Below are positions 13,463 through 27,235 of a DNA stretch of 64,000 bases, in pieces. The position numbers and the translations under genes are program-made. The stretch lies in assembly GCA_028534125.1 (NCBI GenBank), contig CM052816.1, positions 41,666,001 to 41,730,000 of the forward strand, read 5' to 3'. The notes under the pieces are model-generated. The model did not search any database, was not told the origin of the DNA, and saw only the letters and a list, made by a program, of their open reading frames with translations. This DNA is from Lama glama. Its lineage: Eukaryota. How positions within the stretch are numbered: the first letter of the stretch is position 1; each line of letters begins with the position of its first letter.

Positions 13463-13585
13463 CAGGTAACTACTTATTATTTTTTTTATTTTATAATGAG
13501 GAAACTGAGACCATGGGGAATCAATAAATTTGCCCACTGTCACACAGTAGCAAATGGAAGCCATGTTTTAACTCTAAGCATGTCT
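13463..13585 (-). mobile_element. MIR, second part of an element split by L1
   Basis: ATTTTATAATGAGGAAACTGAGACC...TTTGCCCACTGTCACACAGTAGCAAATGG, the antisense MIR core. Confidence 0.7.
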
Positions 13586-14317
13586 TCATTTAGAGCATTC
13601 TGTATATGCATCTATGAAACTTACCACAGTGCCAAATAAGTGCCCACTAAACTCTGATTAATTCAAAATGTCTATTTTCTGATTACTATTAATTACTTGG
13701 ATTCTGACATTTCAGTGAGAATGAGAAAGTACCATCTAGCTGAATGTCATTTGTTTCTGTTTTGTTTCATTTGTTTTTGTTCACTTTTTCCTTCCTCTGG
13801 TATGGACATGGTTCAAGAGTTAGTCATTGTGTCTTTTCCCACCTTAGACATTCAGTGCTCTTTTCTGAAGCAAAGAAGAAGTATTCCCCTTTATGAGAGA
13901 AAAGGGAAAAATAATTTATATATATTTAAAACTTAAAAAGTGAGTATTTTTTCAGGAAGCAATTTTTAAAGACATTTAACATAAAGATGAAAGATATACT
14001 TCAAAATACACATTTAGGTATTTTTACTTTTTTGGGCCTAGGATATGAAAAGGCATAAGTAACACGCATTATCTTTTACTACCAGCATGTTTTTGAGTCT
14101 AGGTCGGTATTGGAGGCATGTATGCTTTTTCCTCTTTTTCTAGAAGAATGAATGTATTAAAAATTGTGGCAATCCACTTAGCTTTTAGCTTTAATAAGCT
14201 TTACCAGACTTAACTACACTTGTTAGAAGTTTATTTAGTTTACTGGTCTATTCAAAAAGCTACCTTTAGATTTTTCATTTTTGCTTATTAATGCAGGGAT
14301 TGTGTGTGTGTGTGTTG

Positions 14318-14580
14318 TGTCTACTTTTCTGTCTTCTTCTGATTTTATCTTTTTTAATCTCTTTCCTGCCACTTTGTTTGGGTTTGCTTGGTTGCTCCTC
14401 TTCTAGCTTTTTGAAATCAAAGATTAGTTCATTTTTTTTCTTTCTCTTTTGTTATCTTATATAAGCACTTAAGTTTATAGATTTTCTTCCGAGTTCTTCC
14501 TTGGCCATCTCCCACCACTTTTGATACACAGAGTTCTTATTTATGTTCATTTCTGAAAAGAGGCTAATTGTAATTTTGAT
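14318..14580 (-). mobile_element. Old L1 ORF2 fragment
   Basis: TTTGGGTTTGCTTGGTTGCTCCTCTTCTAGCTTTTTGA...CATCTCCCACCACTTTTTGATA resembles antisense L1 ORF2 downstream of the endonuclease domain. Confidence 0.6.
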
Positions 14581-14585
14581 TTACA

Positions 14586-15135
14586 TGTAGTGTGGGTTTC
14601 CTTGAAAGCAGTGCCTAAGACAAAAGCCTGGGTGTCGGTAGTTTGTTTGGGAATATGACCTGAGGCATCCAGTGTAAGGAGCAGTAGGAATGAACAGAGA
14701 AGAAAAGAAAAGAAAAGAAAAGAAAAGAAAAGAAAAGAAAAGAAAAAGCCCAGACCAGGATGCATTATCCAGATGGGCAAAGCTAATCAATCATGAGACC
14801 TTTTGAGGAACTTGTAAGATTATGTCTTAGAATTGTCTACCTGGAGATAAACATGAGGATAAACTATTGTCAGCTCATAATCTTCAATAGCAAAAGGGCA
14901 GTCCTATGGGTCTTAAGTTCCTAGTACTTCAAGGTTGAACATACCTAAGTACAGAACATCCCAAGCTGCAGCATCAGAGAAGTCCCAGGGCATGGAGAGA
15001 AGTGAATAAAATGTGGCCCAAGGCCATGGTGCTCTCAGGTGCATCTGCTTAAATATATCCAAAGCTTGTGTGGAATTGGTTATCAAAGGGTGGCTACAGT
15101 AAGAGGGTGCCCAGATGATATGAAAGTACACAAGG
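14586..15135 (-). mobile_element. ERVL LTR (LTR33/LTR16-like), degenerate
   Basis: TGTAGTGTGGGTTTCCTTGAAAGCAGTGCCTAAGACAA...GTAGTTTGTTTGGGA resembles the antisense 3' end of LTR33/LTR16-class LTRs. Confidence 0.5.
14701..14745 (+). repeat. (AGAAA)9 pentanucleotide microsatellite
   Basis: Nine perfect AGAAA units, read directly. Confidence 0.97.
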
Positions 15136-16654
15136 TGTCTGATGAAATTTCCTTTTTAACTGAAGAGCTTTTTAAGGCTGAATTTTAATTAGTGTCCACA
15201 GAATTATTTTTTGCTCTACTTTTGCTGTTAGTTTCACATTTTGTTTATCACTTTTTTAGGCTAGATTCCAAATTTTCTATGGATTGTATCTCTTTCAGTA
15301 TTCTAACACTCTTAACATGGAAGAGATACCTTTTTGAGGAGAAAGTCCTATTTACCAGAAGGAAATACAGAATTGAAATTTATATACCCTAATTTCTAGT
15401 AACTGCTATTATACAGAATATTTCTCAAAATTCCCTCAATCTAATATAATAAACCAGTATTTATAGTGCATTGTGGCCAATACTGCAGAGGTATATATGA
15501 AAAGCAATGGCAGGAGAGGGAAGAAAAAAAAATGAAACGAGACCAGGTAGTTTAGGAAGGAGTCTGAGACAATGTGACTTTTGAGTGGGGCCTTTATGAC
15601 TGGGTACAGTTTTTCAGGCATAAGGTACAGTGTGAGCAGAGGCATAGAGATTTGAATGCATTCTGTTTACAGAGAATGGATGTTGCCTGTATCAGTAGGG
15701 AAGCAGTTTATCTGATCTGTTCACTCTGACCCCCAGAATTTTTTCTATAATTTCCAGGTAGAGTCTACCTCTCCTAATCATCTATCCAAAACAAAAATTG
15801 AAGCAACTTTATTTTATGTAAATTATGAACACAACAGAGGATTAATTAAAAGTTATTAAAGATACTAGATGCAGTTTATAACATGGTCCAATAATATATG
15901 GTACATGTATGTATATAATACAGACATAGTATATTTATGCATATATAGTACATATGAAGCTTGTATTAACTTTTAGCTTATTTTTTATGAAAGAACTGGC
16001 AAAATCTTTAGTTAGGTATAATCAATGAAAATGATTCTCTTCTGTTCCAATTTTTATCCACCTAGTTTTAAACATTGTTTTTTTGTTTATTCTGAAGATG
16101 CCAAGTCATTGTGCTCTAAAGTGGATGTTTCTTTGAATTGGTATTTTTTATAGAAGTTCTAAAGCTTGAGGTTGCATAAATTTGATTTTGCCAAGTTTTT
16201 ACAACTGTCTTTCTAGGGAAGTTCTCTGAGACCCCAACATAATTTATAAAGTATCTGCCACAAGTTACTTATTACCCAGAAGAAAGCTTCCCTCTTTATT
16301 TCATGGCTATGGAGCCTTATAAATCTGCCCATTCAATTAGAGTTCTCTACTATTTCTACTCTTACCATATTGAGTCAGAGGAAAAGGGGTTTTTAACTAT
16401 TTCTGTTTTTTTGGAAAGTAAGAAAACTTCCAACAAAAAACCAAGTTGAAAAAAGTTCCTTTAATTTGGAAACATGAATTTGGTGATTCTCTCTATGTAT
16501 CGAAAGAAAACCTACCTTCTAATTGTAGCAGCCTGTGCTTTAATTTAATTAAATTAATTAATATTATTACTTTTCTACCATTTTACACCCATAGACAAAC
16601 AAGTGATGCCTTATTACAGACACTCTGTGGTTTTTAGGGAATTGCAATAACTAG

Positions 16655-16870
16655 ATGTGTGGTTTAAAGGTTGCTTTGGTAGTCGTTTAAAGGATGGACT
16701 GGAGAGAGTTAGTCAGGTGAGAGATGATGAGGGCTCATACTAAGATATTCTAAGAGAGGAAAGAGAGGATGGAACAGATTCAAGAGATATTCGAAACACT
16801 GGTTGGCTTGGACCTAGGAACTGATTAGACTTGGAAGAAGAGCGTGAAAGAAGAAACATGGATGATCCTG
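16655..16870 (-). mobile_element. L2 fragment
   Basis: GTCAGGTGAGAGATGATGAGGGC...GGAACAGATTCAAGAGATATT...ACTGATTAGACTTGG, antisense L2 motifs. Confidence 0.55.
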
Positions 16871-18909
16871 GGGAACAGACCTCTGACATTAACATCACAA
16901 AGTTATTTCCTATTATTTGAGAAAAGTTAGTTTGCCAGCAGAGGCTGTTTAATCATTCAAATTACAAAGTAAATAACCTCAGTTTCACACTTTAAAATGA
17001 GAGAAAAAAATCTCAGCGGCAGGTACAAGTTTCAGAAACATGATTCAGCAAATCAAAGGGCTCTGTATGAGCCTTACTGTATTTCTTTATTTTAGGGGGG
17101 TTGAGGGAGGCTTATCTAGAGAGAAATGGACTCAGTTAGCTCAAAGGTAGAAAGAGTTACAAGGACATACCATAATATAACTGGCAGACCTGTAGAATGT
17201 ACTAAAAGAGAATTTGCAGAGTAAGTGACTGCTTAGTGGAAAAGAACAACAGAACAGTTTTTTCTCACACTTCCATTTAAATATTTAAAAGTGATTGATG
17301 AAAACTAGGTTATCCAAAATCATTTTAAAAAATTCTACTTTTCAGAAAAAAAAGAGTTGAGAAAAGATCATTTGTTTCCTGGATCTTTCAGTGATGACCA
17401 CTGAGAAGGTATGAATTAATGTATCTTTCACTGTTACAACACAATTTCACATTGCAGACAACACTAAGGCACACTATGGTTTTTATCTCCTATTCCACTT
17501 TTTACTCTTTTCCTGGATCATCTTCTCTGACAACCAAAGTCAAGAGGGGGATAATTGGACTAAGTGTATTAATAAATGCTTCACAGGCAGAAAAAACTGG
17601 GGATGAAATAACTGCTCATCATTATGACGACTCTCTTAGGGACTGAATTATTCTGATAGGGTGGTGACATTTTCCCAGAAAAACAGACTCTATATAATGT
17701 AGAATATTCATGTATATTGCCTCTTTTTTTCAAAAAGAATATATTTTTCTGGCTGAACATCAAATGCTAATAGGCCATATGATAGCCAATCATGAGAACA
17801 ACTCTACACAGCTGGCCAATAAATGTCCATAATTCTTGTACTTTTGATTCCCAGTCAAAAAAAAAATCATCAAAATTATTTGTGCTCTCAATCCTGGAAT
17901 TAAGTCCATGGACTACCCTTAGAGCCAGTGCATCTACAATGTTACTTTCTCTAATAACTGGTTTTTAGAATCCTTAAGTACCTATAATTTTGGATTGGTA
18001 GAAAATATTTGTACTACAAATTGTCAGAGCCCGTATTAAGGGATAACTGCTTTTAATAGAGCAGGAAAGACATTCTAGTGGTAAAGAACACTTTATGCTG
18101 TGAGAATTAAAGCTATTACCTGGCTACTCCAGGAAAGATAATCCTTTCTTTTGTCAATATCTGGCTAACTTGAAATGCTTTTTTTTTTTCTTTTTGTCTT
18201 AAAGTCTCTAAATAGTTTCTTCACTCTTCCACTGCATTTTATGCGTGTGAATATGCTATCTTAATGATCCCAGTTAAGTAGATAACAAGAATCTTCCTTG
18301 CATTATTAAATCTATCCTCTTAGGAAATACTCAATATAACATGTAATTTATTAAAAAATGAATTACCTCAAATAATATTGTGTTACTCCTACACACAATT
18401 TTCTGACTTAGGGTGAAAGAAATGTTTATTCTGCAAGTAGAACTTAGACTTTCTATCATCACCTCTGCCACCAATGCTCTCATAGCACCACTGACCTCCA
18501 GCCCCACAAGAAAAGCTAGAAAGTAATAAAAAGCAACAATGGCTCTTCCTCTTCCTCTTTCTTTTCCTGTTCTTTTTCTCTCTTTTTTTTTTTCCCTTCA
18601 AACAACTTCATCTGAAAGCTCTATAGGGGCCAAGCAAGATAGAGGGTTGATGGGAAGAGAGGAAAAAAGAGAGTTGGGAGGGTTATCATGGTTGTTGAGA
18701 GCAAGGAGTGGGACTCTGAAGAGGGTGAGGGTCAGAGCCAGAGCTTGGCAAGGAGAGCATATATGCATGGGGTCAGCTTAGCACAGTGTTTGAGGCACCA
18801 TGATAAGGAGGGCATTCGTACAAGGGGGCAGCTCAGAGCAGGTAGTGTAGCCCAAAAGGGGTGGGGAGGGCTCCCACGCAAGGGAGGAGGAGGTATGGTG
18901 ATGAACACT

Positions 18910-20062
18910 TGGTTAATTATGGGGGACTGATCAAATAAAGAAGTATATTAAAAATAATGTGAACTAAGTTTCTCATTGTCAGAGAAAGGAGTTACAGAGA
19001 GGGAGAAAACTAGGATGAACCTTGTGGCGTTAGACTGGAATTGGTATAAAACACCAGGTATTAGTATAAATACATGGTTTTCAGGATGCAGATACAGAAA
19101 TAAACATAAATGTCAATGAAGTACACACACATGTATGTGCTCCCCAGCTTTGTCTACAAAGAGGGTTGGGGAACAACAACTCCCCAGTGGACAGTGGCAC
19201 ATATAAAACCCAGATCTTGATTGCAAAATACCATTTTCCACTGCAAAGAAGGAATGGCTGATTCCAGGGTTTGGATGGGGGCATTACAACATGATGTTGG
19301 AATATCCTGTGACAAAAAGTAAGGAACTGCTCAAAGAATGATGGGGACATATCAGAAGGATGCAGGATCCAGCTAAAAGTGGCTGCCACTAACCAGATTT
19401 GGGATAAACTGAACATAGATATAAATAATGATAATAATGAGTTGTAAGCCATTGAAAAATTGGAATGCATGAATCTATACTGATATAAATGAATAGGTTA
19501 AAATATGACGAGAAATGGGATTTTGATATAGATTAAAAGAAGCATCTCACAAAATAAATCACTAATTACAAGGGAAAAAGAGTTTCATGTCATTCTGTGA
19601 TATTCCTGCCAAAGATGCATAATGTGAATCTAATCATAAGGAGGAAATTTCAAGAAATCTCAATTGAAGGACCTTTTATAAAATAACTGGCCTGTAATCT
19701 TCAAAAATGTCAGGATCGTGAAAGTCATAGTGAAACTAGGGAACGGCTCCAGAGTGAAGGACATTAAAAAGACATGATAAGTAAATGCAATGCATGATTC
19801 TTTTAATAAAAAAAGATATTGAGACAATTGGCAAAACGTGAATAGGGTGTGAGCATGAGATGGCATAATACGTCAGTGTTAATTTTTTGGGTTTGATGGT
19901 TATGTTGTGATTATCTAGCCCTGGTTTGTAGGAACTACCCACTGAAGTATTTGAAGGTGAATGGGCAACAACCCACTCTTCAATGGTTCTGGAAAAAAGT
20001 TTTTTTTTGCAATTATTTGCAACTTTTCTGTAAGTTTGAGAATATTTCACGATAAACATCCT
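18910..20062 (+). mobile_element. L1MC-type 3' UTR
   Basis: TTCTCATTGTCAGAGAAAGGAGTTACA, GGCCTGTAATCTTCAAAAATGTCA, AAATGCAATGCATGATTC and GCAACTTTTCTGTAAGTTTGA. The purine-rich stretch at 18.6-18.9 kb may belong to it. Confidence 0.8.
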
Positions 20063-21937
20063 AAAACAAATGAGATGGTAACTAATCACAGTATTGTTCA
20101 TGGTTCAGTGTTGGTAAGCCCAATTACTATAGCAGAAAAGATATCAACATTCTGAAGCTCACTTTCTTCTCTTTTTCTCTTGAACTTCGACTCAGCTTTT
20201 CAGATGCTATTTTATCATGTAGAACAGCATCCTTAGAATATTTTCCCCCCGTACCTTATTAGCAGTTAATATTGTCCAAATCAAATTACTACCAACTAGC
20301 TAAAAGACTTCAGAAAGGCTTGTGAAGGGCATGTGAACATTTTACTTTCAGGTTTTTGCCTATTAAATTACAAAGGAAAGATTTCTCTCAGGCCCTGTGC
20401 TTCATGTAATCTTAAGAAGTCCTTCCATGTCAAGCCCTAACTAATCCTTTAAGGCATTTTTTTGTATCTTGGAATTCTTGAACTGCAGCTAATTACTGCC
20501 AGTCATTTACTTGGTGCCGAATCTGAGCAAGAACTTGTTAACATATATGTACCTTGATCTGTTTGTTTCTCCCTAGTGTTTTAGTTTATAGAAGTGATGA
20601 ATTTTGAAATAAACATTATTCCAAAATCTTCCATGACTGAAAGTTTCAAGGAAGAATGTTACAAGGTGCAAAGACAAATGTTATGAAATTAATGAAGTTC
20701 CCTAGAAAGACGATAACTTGAAGTCATTGTTGGTCAGTTTTTCCTTATCACACCTTCTGAACAGATCTACCTGAATATGAAATGGTTTACCTTCCTTAGA
20801 CTATGCTATGGAAAACGCTGCTTCATTACATAAAGAGAAACTTAGTTTATAGAAACTTAGTTTTTTGTGTGTGTAAATCATTTTCACATTTTTAGTCAAA
20901 ATGGTATAAAACTGTTATTATGAATATCAGCAAAAAGTTTTCTGAAAATATTTGTGGGAGTAAGCATACCTGGATGCTCTAATTTGTAATGACAGGACAG
21001 TCCTACAGATTTGCACAATATACTAATGACATATATGTATAAAATGTTCTGATTTTTTGAAAAATATTTAATTCTTAGTTTTATACTATGAATTCTTAAA
21101 CCATCTCTATATTTATTACATTATATTTGTTGAATACTGATTGTTTACAACACAGTTTATGACCAGATAGTATGTATTTTTAATGCTTATCAGGAATATT
21201 TTATCCACATGCATGTGCATTTTACCTGCTCATTAAAAAATCAATTAAACTACAAATTAATTTGGTGAAATAGCTAAATCTGTGAAACTTTCATTATTCT
21301 TATAAGGAAAGATCAATGATGGTGATTGGTTAAAAACTGTGAAGTGGCTATTAGGCTTTAATTCTGTGTGTTTTTATTCCAACCTAACGGCCTGATAAGT
21401 CAGTGCTTTGGAGAGCAATGCCCTCTTACTTATCCTCTTAAGTTGTTTTACTTCTGAGGATGATGAGAAAATATTGATCTAGAAGAGGATGGTTGCTTTA
21501 TTTGAATAAAATAGGAATTTGAATTTACATATATTATGTTATATCTTCCTCACCAATTGTCTTCCATGTTTTGATAAGAAAATCTGTGTTTCTTTTTTTC
21601 TAATTCCTTTCCCACATTCCCAGCTATAGTTGGTTTTGAAATAGCAAAACCATGGTTGCATTAGCACAGGATTCTTGGAGATTTTCCTACTGTTGCTTAG
21701 TAGAGTCTGCTTTACCCATATCAGGAAAGACAAAGGGCCCAGAAACTTGGATCAAGGAAAGAAAGACTGGGCTACTGTTGAAGCCACGTATACAGTTTCT
21801 GTGCCTCTATAGGAGTCTGGTAGTACGATAGCAAATAAAAAATCTGTCCTAATATCAAAGTTGAGCAGAGACAGTTGCCAAAGTTATCAACATAACCCAA
21901 CTGCTGTTAATAACAGCTGAAGAGAAGATTCATGATT

Positions 21938-22330
21938 CTTTCATTTACTCAACACTGCCAGCCACTCTACAGGAATGAGGCTATCCATGCTCAAGACAGC
22001 CATGATTCCTGCCCTTATGGGCCTTATGGTCTGGTAGTGGAACAAAGAGTAAAAGAAGCAAGCAGACAGTATACATTGTGATGATGCTATGAAAAAATGA
22101 CAGAAATGAAGAGGAAAGGTAGAGACAGCTTTAACCCAGAAGAGATAACAAGAAGAGTTGAGACTGGGCTGTGAGGAATGGTGTTGAGTGTGCAGAGTGT
22201 TTCCTTAGGCATACAGATAGGTAGGAGCTCCAGAGCGGTAGGTGAGACCAGGTTCACCATAAAGGAACAGCGGTTACAACAGAAGAGAGGGTGTGTAGCA
22301 GTCAAGATAAGCTTTGTTCTCTTTGCATTT
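21938..22330 (-). mobile_element. L2 fragment
   Basis: TCATTTACTCAACA...CCTGCCCTTATGGGCCTTATGGTCTGGT, antisense L2 3' region. Confidence 0.55.
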
Positions 22331-22394
22331 TAATGGAGGGGTACAAGAGCTTTGAATGAAGTGGTTCTTATTCTACCTGAACATTTAAAAATGT

Positions 22395-22975
22395 ACAAAT
22401 GGCTTCTGTTACTTAAAAATCTCCTATGGTGTCCCAGGCCACTAGAATATGTTCCAAGGACCTTACCATGGCTTTCCAGTCTCTGAATCAGGCCCTTGTC
22501 TACCTCTTTCATCTTGTTTTGTGTCTCTGTCCTATTTGCTATGCTTCAAAAGCATTAGGCGTCATACACTTCCCTAATGAGGCCGAGTTCTTTCCTGCTG
22601 CAGGCTCTTTGCATACACTGTGTCTCCAGTCTGAAATCTCTTCCTCTCGTTCATCACATGGCTGTCTTCTTATCATCCTTTTCAGTTAAATATCACTTAC
22701 TTTGGGAGGCCTTTCCTAATCATAGGACTTCCCCTGCCCTTTGCAGCTTTATTTTCTATTGTAGTCTCTTGTTTATTTATTCTATAGTATCATTTATAAC
22801 TTATAATTCTTTTCTTTATTGTTTTTGTTTAGTATTTATTTTTTGCTTATTAATCTACTCCAAAAGAACATAAGGTTGTCGGATCAGGCTCCTCCTTGTT
22901 CACCAGCCAGTGTCTGTTACATAGACTTACCCCAGGAGATAAGAGGTAAATGAATACAAGGACCCAAATGACTGA
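22395..22975 (+). mobile_element. L2 fragment
   Basis: CTTAAAAATCTCCTATGG...CCTTACCATGGC...AAATATCACTTACTTTGGGAGGCCTTTCCTAATC, sense L2 3' region. Confidence 0.6.
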
Positions 22976-24237
22976 TTGTTGCTGTTCCTGAAACTGAAGT
23001 ACCCTGGCACTATCACGGAGGTAAGCTTTTAAACACAAAGTAAATCTCATATGTATAAAAAATTTAGATTATCAAAATCAAGTGTGTCATATATTTTATA
23101 GTAGAAAGACTAAGTCACATTTTGACAACTTTCAGACAGCTCACCCATATTTTCATCAGAGCCAGAGTTCATCTATATGAGGCATTTGTTATGTTGTGTT
23201 TTTAAAAAAAACTTTCAAAAATCTATTTTCCTGGGAGCTTTCTATTCAGTGGGCAGAAGTGAATTTAATAACACGAAAGTATGGCAGAAATTATCTGTAA
23301 GATTAAGACTCAGAGGGCAGAAGTAGGCATGTTACATGCAACAGATATTTAGATATTTGAAATCCACAGGAGAGCAGGGGCATAACAGCCGAATCTCATT
23401 TACTCTGCAGATCTCAACATTTCTATAATAAAATCTAATCAATATAGGTTGTTTATATCATGGTAACTTTTGTTCTTTTTGTGCAGTGTCATTGAAAATG
23501 TTTCAGGGTGCATTTTTTTCCTTACAAATACACGGCATCTTTCATTAGATTTACTCACATAAGGTTAGTGCCCATAAAGGATTCTACTGCTAACTTTGCC
23601 CTCCCTTTGAACTGCATCTGAAATCAAGCTGTTTGAAATATATTGATATTTCTGGCTGGTTTGATTCTGAAGGAAACATAGAAATGTTTGTGAGTGGTGA
23701 GGCAGTGACTTTTTAAAATTTTATGGTCAGTATAAAGAGAGCCTAATATCCAAAAATTTTATTTTTACTTCCTGACTTGCGCTCTATAGTTCATTACTAC
23801 AGATAATCATCATTATAATTTAGTCACTCCATTGGACAATTTTATTTCATTTTAATATAATCATCATTTTGTCTTCTATGTTCTTCTACTAACAATTTTT
23901 AAAATGCCACCCTATTCATGACCAATATAGTTAAATAAGATGTGGCCTTCTTAAAAAACAATACCAAAGATATGTAAAATTTATTTATTTATATTGATAG
24001 AAACCAAACTGGGAGATATATAGATCAGTGAAAGAAAAGGTATTGATATATTTAAGTAGGTTTTTAAAGATTAGTTGTAATGATTTCTGCTTTAAGTTTT
24101 ATCCATATGAAAGATGCTTCTGGCAGGGTTGAACAGTTGTGTTATAGACGTCTTTAAACTCATGCCTTTAATATTTTCCTTACACATTAAATTATTATAC
24201 CAAAGATGTATTTATTTGAATGAAGATACACATCTAC

Positions 24238-24408
24238 ATGCTGGTTTTCAAAATTCAGTGGGGTGCTGATAGTACTTTGTAAAACAGCAGATACCCAATC
24301 CCAAACTGCAGAATCAAATTGAGTAGCTGGAGGGTCAGGCCTATAAATGTAAGCACCCCAGGTGATTCTGAGGCCAGTGACCCATGATCTGCTCTGAGGA
24401 ATCCTGCT
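24238..24408. mobile_element. hAT-Charlie MER5-like
   Basis: GGTTTTCAAA...GAATCAAA...CACCCCAGGTGATTCTGA...TGAGGAATCCTG. Confidence 0.55.
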
Positions 24409-26510
24409 GTAGGTATTATTTTAGGAAGCAGGACAGGGACCCCAAATCTTGCAATGATACAGTAGGAGGTCCCTGGGAATTGCACCCAGGAAGTGAGAAA
24501 AGCTGCTTTCAGAAACTTTGTGGTCCTAATTGTGACTTTGTTTCAGATATCCTCCCTCCCAGAAGATATCTCTAAGATAAAAACAAGATTGAAGCTTCCT
24601 GTATTTTTAAAGGCAATAGATGCCATTTGGCTTTGGGGAGCTAATTGATGAGCTGGATTTAGAGAATCTAAGCTCTAAGAAAAGGGTGATATCCTTTTAT
24701 ATGTAAGAGTTCATTTTTCCAAATGTTTATTTTAAAAAAACATATGCATGTTGAACATAAATTATTTTCTTAAAGATGTTCTGATTGCAAAAATTAGAAC
24801 TGCCAGTAAATTCATCAAGGTAGAAGTGTTTGCTCTCTCTGTCTCTCTCTCTGTTTAGTGCCCTAATTTTGCTGGAGCCCTTAAAGCCTGCTGACTCTGC
24901 CTCCAAATTAATCTAGTCCTGGCCTTACTGGCCATCCCATTTGTTCTGATGCTCTACCTATTTATTCAATAAGTATAAAAGTTGTGGTGTATGCACTAGT
25001 GTCACAGAAGGCAACAGAGCGGGGGAAAGTTGATGGGTATGCTCTAGGGAAGTGGCAATCAACCCCATTGGAGGGAAGTTTGGGATGGGAGCTAGAGGAA
25101 GCCAGTCTGGAGACCCAAGCTCCCTGTTTATCACTTTTATCTGAGAGTAAAACAACGAAAGTGAAGAATAGGAGCCCATATTATCACTATTTTCTTTTCT
25201 TTTGAGAAATTTTAGTTCGGTTTTCCAATATCAGAAAGCAATCAAGAAGAGAAAAATGAAGATTGAGAATAAAAGACCCCCCCAAAAGAAATGTTCTATG
25301 ACACTCTTTCAATTGTATCTGACAGACTTCTGGAAAAAAGAGAAACTATAGCCTGGTTTTCATTTTGGGTCCAGTTCACCATTTGTCTTATGCTTAAATT
25401 TCAACAGGAACATTTTTTGCTTTTTAAGTGCAAAGGTATATATTCTCTATTTCTACAGAGGTTTTTGAGTCTAAGCAAAGAGTTAAATGAGGTGTTGAAA
25501 CTATGAAAGAATACAGGCTTTTCAATTTTCATTTAAAACCCACACCATTGAAGTACAGCCACTTCTACATTCACTGCAACATAAAAGGACAGAAATGAAC
25601 TATTTCGTTTGTCTGGCAATATTGTCTAGAAAGCTGAAGTTTTAAAGAAAAGGAAGTAATAGACTTTCAGCTGAATTTTTACAACTAGGGGATGACCAAA
25701 TAGAGTGTTTCTTCTTTCCTTTTAAGCACAAAGAGTTGGGATTTAATTGCATTATAAACCATTTCATTAACATAACCATGAAATAACAAGCATTCATATA
25801 CTTTGTTCTCTTCTCACCACAACATGTCAGGGTCAGTGGAAATTAAAAAGGAAAAAAAAAAAAAGGTTTTGAGATGAAGAGGGAACCAGTAAGTTAATAT
25901 TCCTAGAGAAACAGACAATCATAAATCAGACCAGAGCATTCTCTTTTTTTGTCCCTTTCTCATTGGGAGGAACCTGTTACAAAAATGAGATTGGTTCTTT
26001 CGTGGGATCTTAACAGGCTCTAAAAGGATAAATGGAGCAATGGGCACTAATGCCTCAGTACCTCAATCTAAATCCAGCATATTAGTGGGAAAATGGAAGA
26101 AAATCTTCTGAGTGGCAGGAATTCAGAGTCAGACTCCGGTGTAAACATTTGGCTTAGAGGGAAGAAATTGAGGCCTGTGTCTCTTTCTCAGTCACCTCAA
26201 GAGTGATCCAGGACAAATGTCTAATGTCCATCTGCCCCCTTCCTGGCCCCCGAAAGAAAATCTCTTTGGAGGAGTGTGTTCATTTCTGTTGTAACTATGG
26301 CAGAGACAGGTCTAGTCTTTCTGATACGCATTTTCCCCAATCAAGGTGTTAGTAATTTTGAATATGAAACTTTTAAAGAATCATGAAGGATGCCCCATGA
26401 GCAGTGTCCTCCTCCTTTTAATGTACAAAACCTCATCTCTGTTCTTTGTAGATCTTCACTGGACAAATATAGTGGTTAAAACTTCAGATTCTTCAGCAAG
26501 AAAGTGCAGT

Positions 26511-27027
26511 TGTTAGAGATACTGATAATGCTCCCCAGCATCTGTGTACCCTAATTTTGTTAATAGCATCCTGGATTACTGTACTCTTGTCTCTAGGCTT
26601 GACCATTTAGTGGATAACATTGCTCAAGCTGCAGTGATTCCTTCAGAAACAGGCTTGTGACCCAATCACAATGAAAGGATGCAGTGAGGCTTCCTGGGAC
26701 TGCTGGACAAGAGACATTTGTGTTTTCCTGCTGGTCCTGGTTGAGCCCGTGGCTATGAGGCTGGATCTCTGTTGGACATTTGTGACATCACAGCAGGAGA
26801 GGTTGGTTGAGGATGGAGCAAACACAGAGACATATGGATAAGGATGAAGAGAGGGCCACTGTATGCTGATAACATTGTGTGAGTTACTTGTTAAGTTCCT
26901 CCCGGAGCGAGCCTTAGTCTCACTCCTGGATATTTTAGTTACAGGAACTCATAAATTCCCTTTTTCCTTAAACTGGCTTCTTCTGGAGTTTCTATCATTT
27001 GCCAAAAAATGAAGCATAATGGATACA
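26511..27027 (+). mobile_element. ERVL-MaLR solo LTR (old MLT1, MLT1J/K-like)
   Basis: TG...CA termini, internal GGCTTGTGACCCAATC, and 3' TTTTAGTTACAGGAACTCATAAATTCCCTTTTT..CTTAAAC...ATGGATACA. Confidence 0.7.
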
Positions 27028-27235
27028 ATTGAATTCTCATCTCAGCTCAGTCATTTTCTACTTCATGAAAGTGGATAAGTAATCTATCATGTCTCAATGT
27101 AGCTTTTATCACTTGGAAAAAAGCTATACTAAAATTATCTACCAGATAAGATTTTTTTGTGAAGAATAAGTGAGGTTGTACTAGTCAAATGCTTGACTAT
27201 AGTAAATGCTCAATAAATATAGGCTATTATTACCA
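27028..27235 (+). mobile_element. MIR (probable 5' head at 26469-26510, separated by the MLT1 LTR)
   Basis: TAGTAAATGCTCAATAAATATAGGCTATTATTA is a MIR 3' end. ATAGTGGTTAAAAC just left of the LTR resembles the MIR head. Confidence 0.55.

Noticed and set aside
21938..22975. Oppositely oriented L2 pair as a miR-28/151-type hairpin source
   Set aside because: The 3' ends point away from each other and the copies are too diverged for a visible stem.
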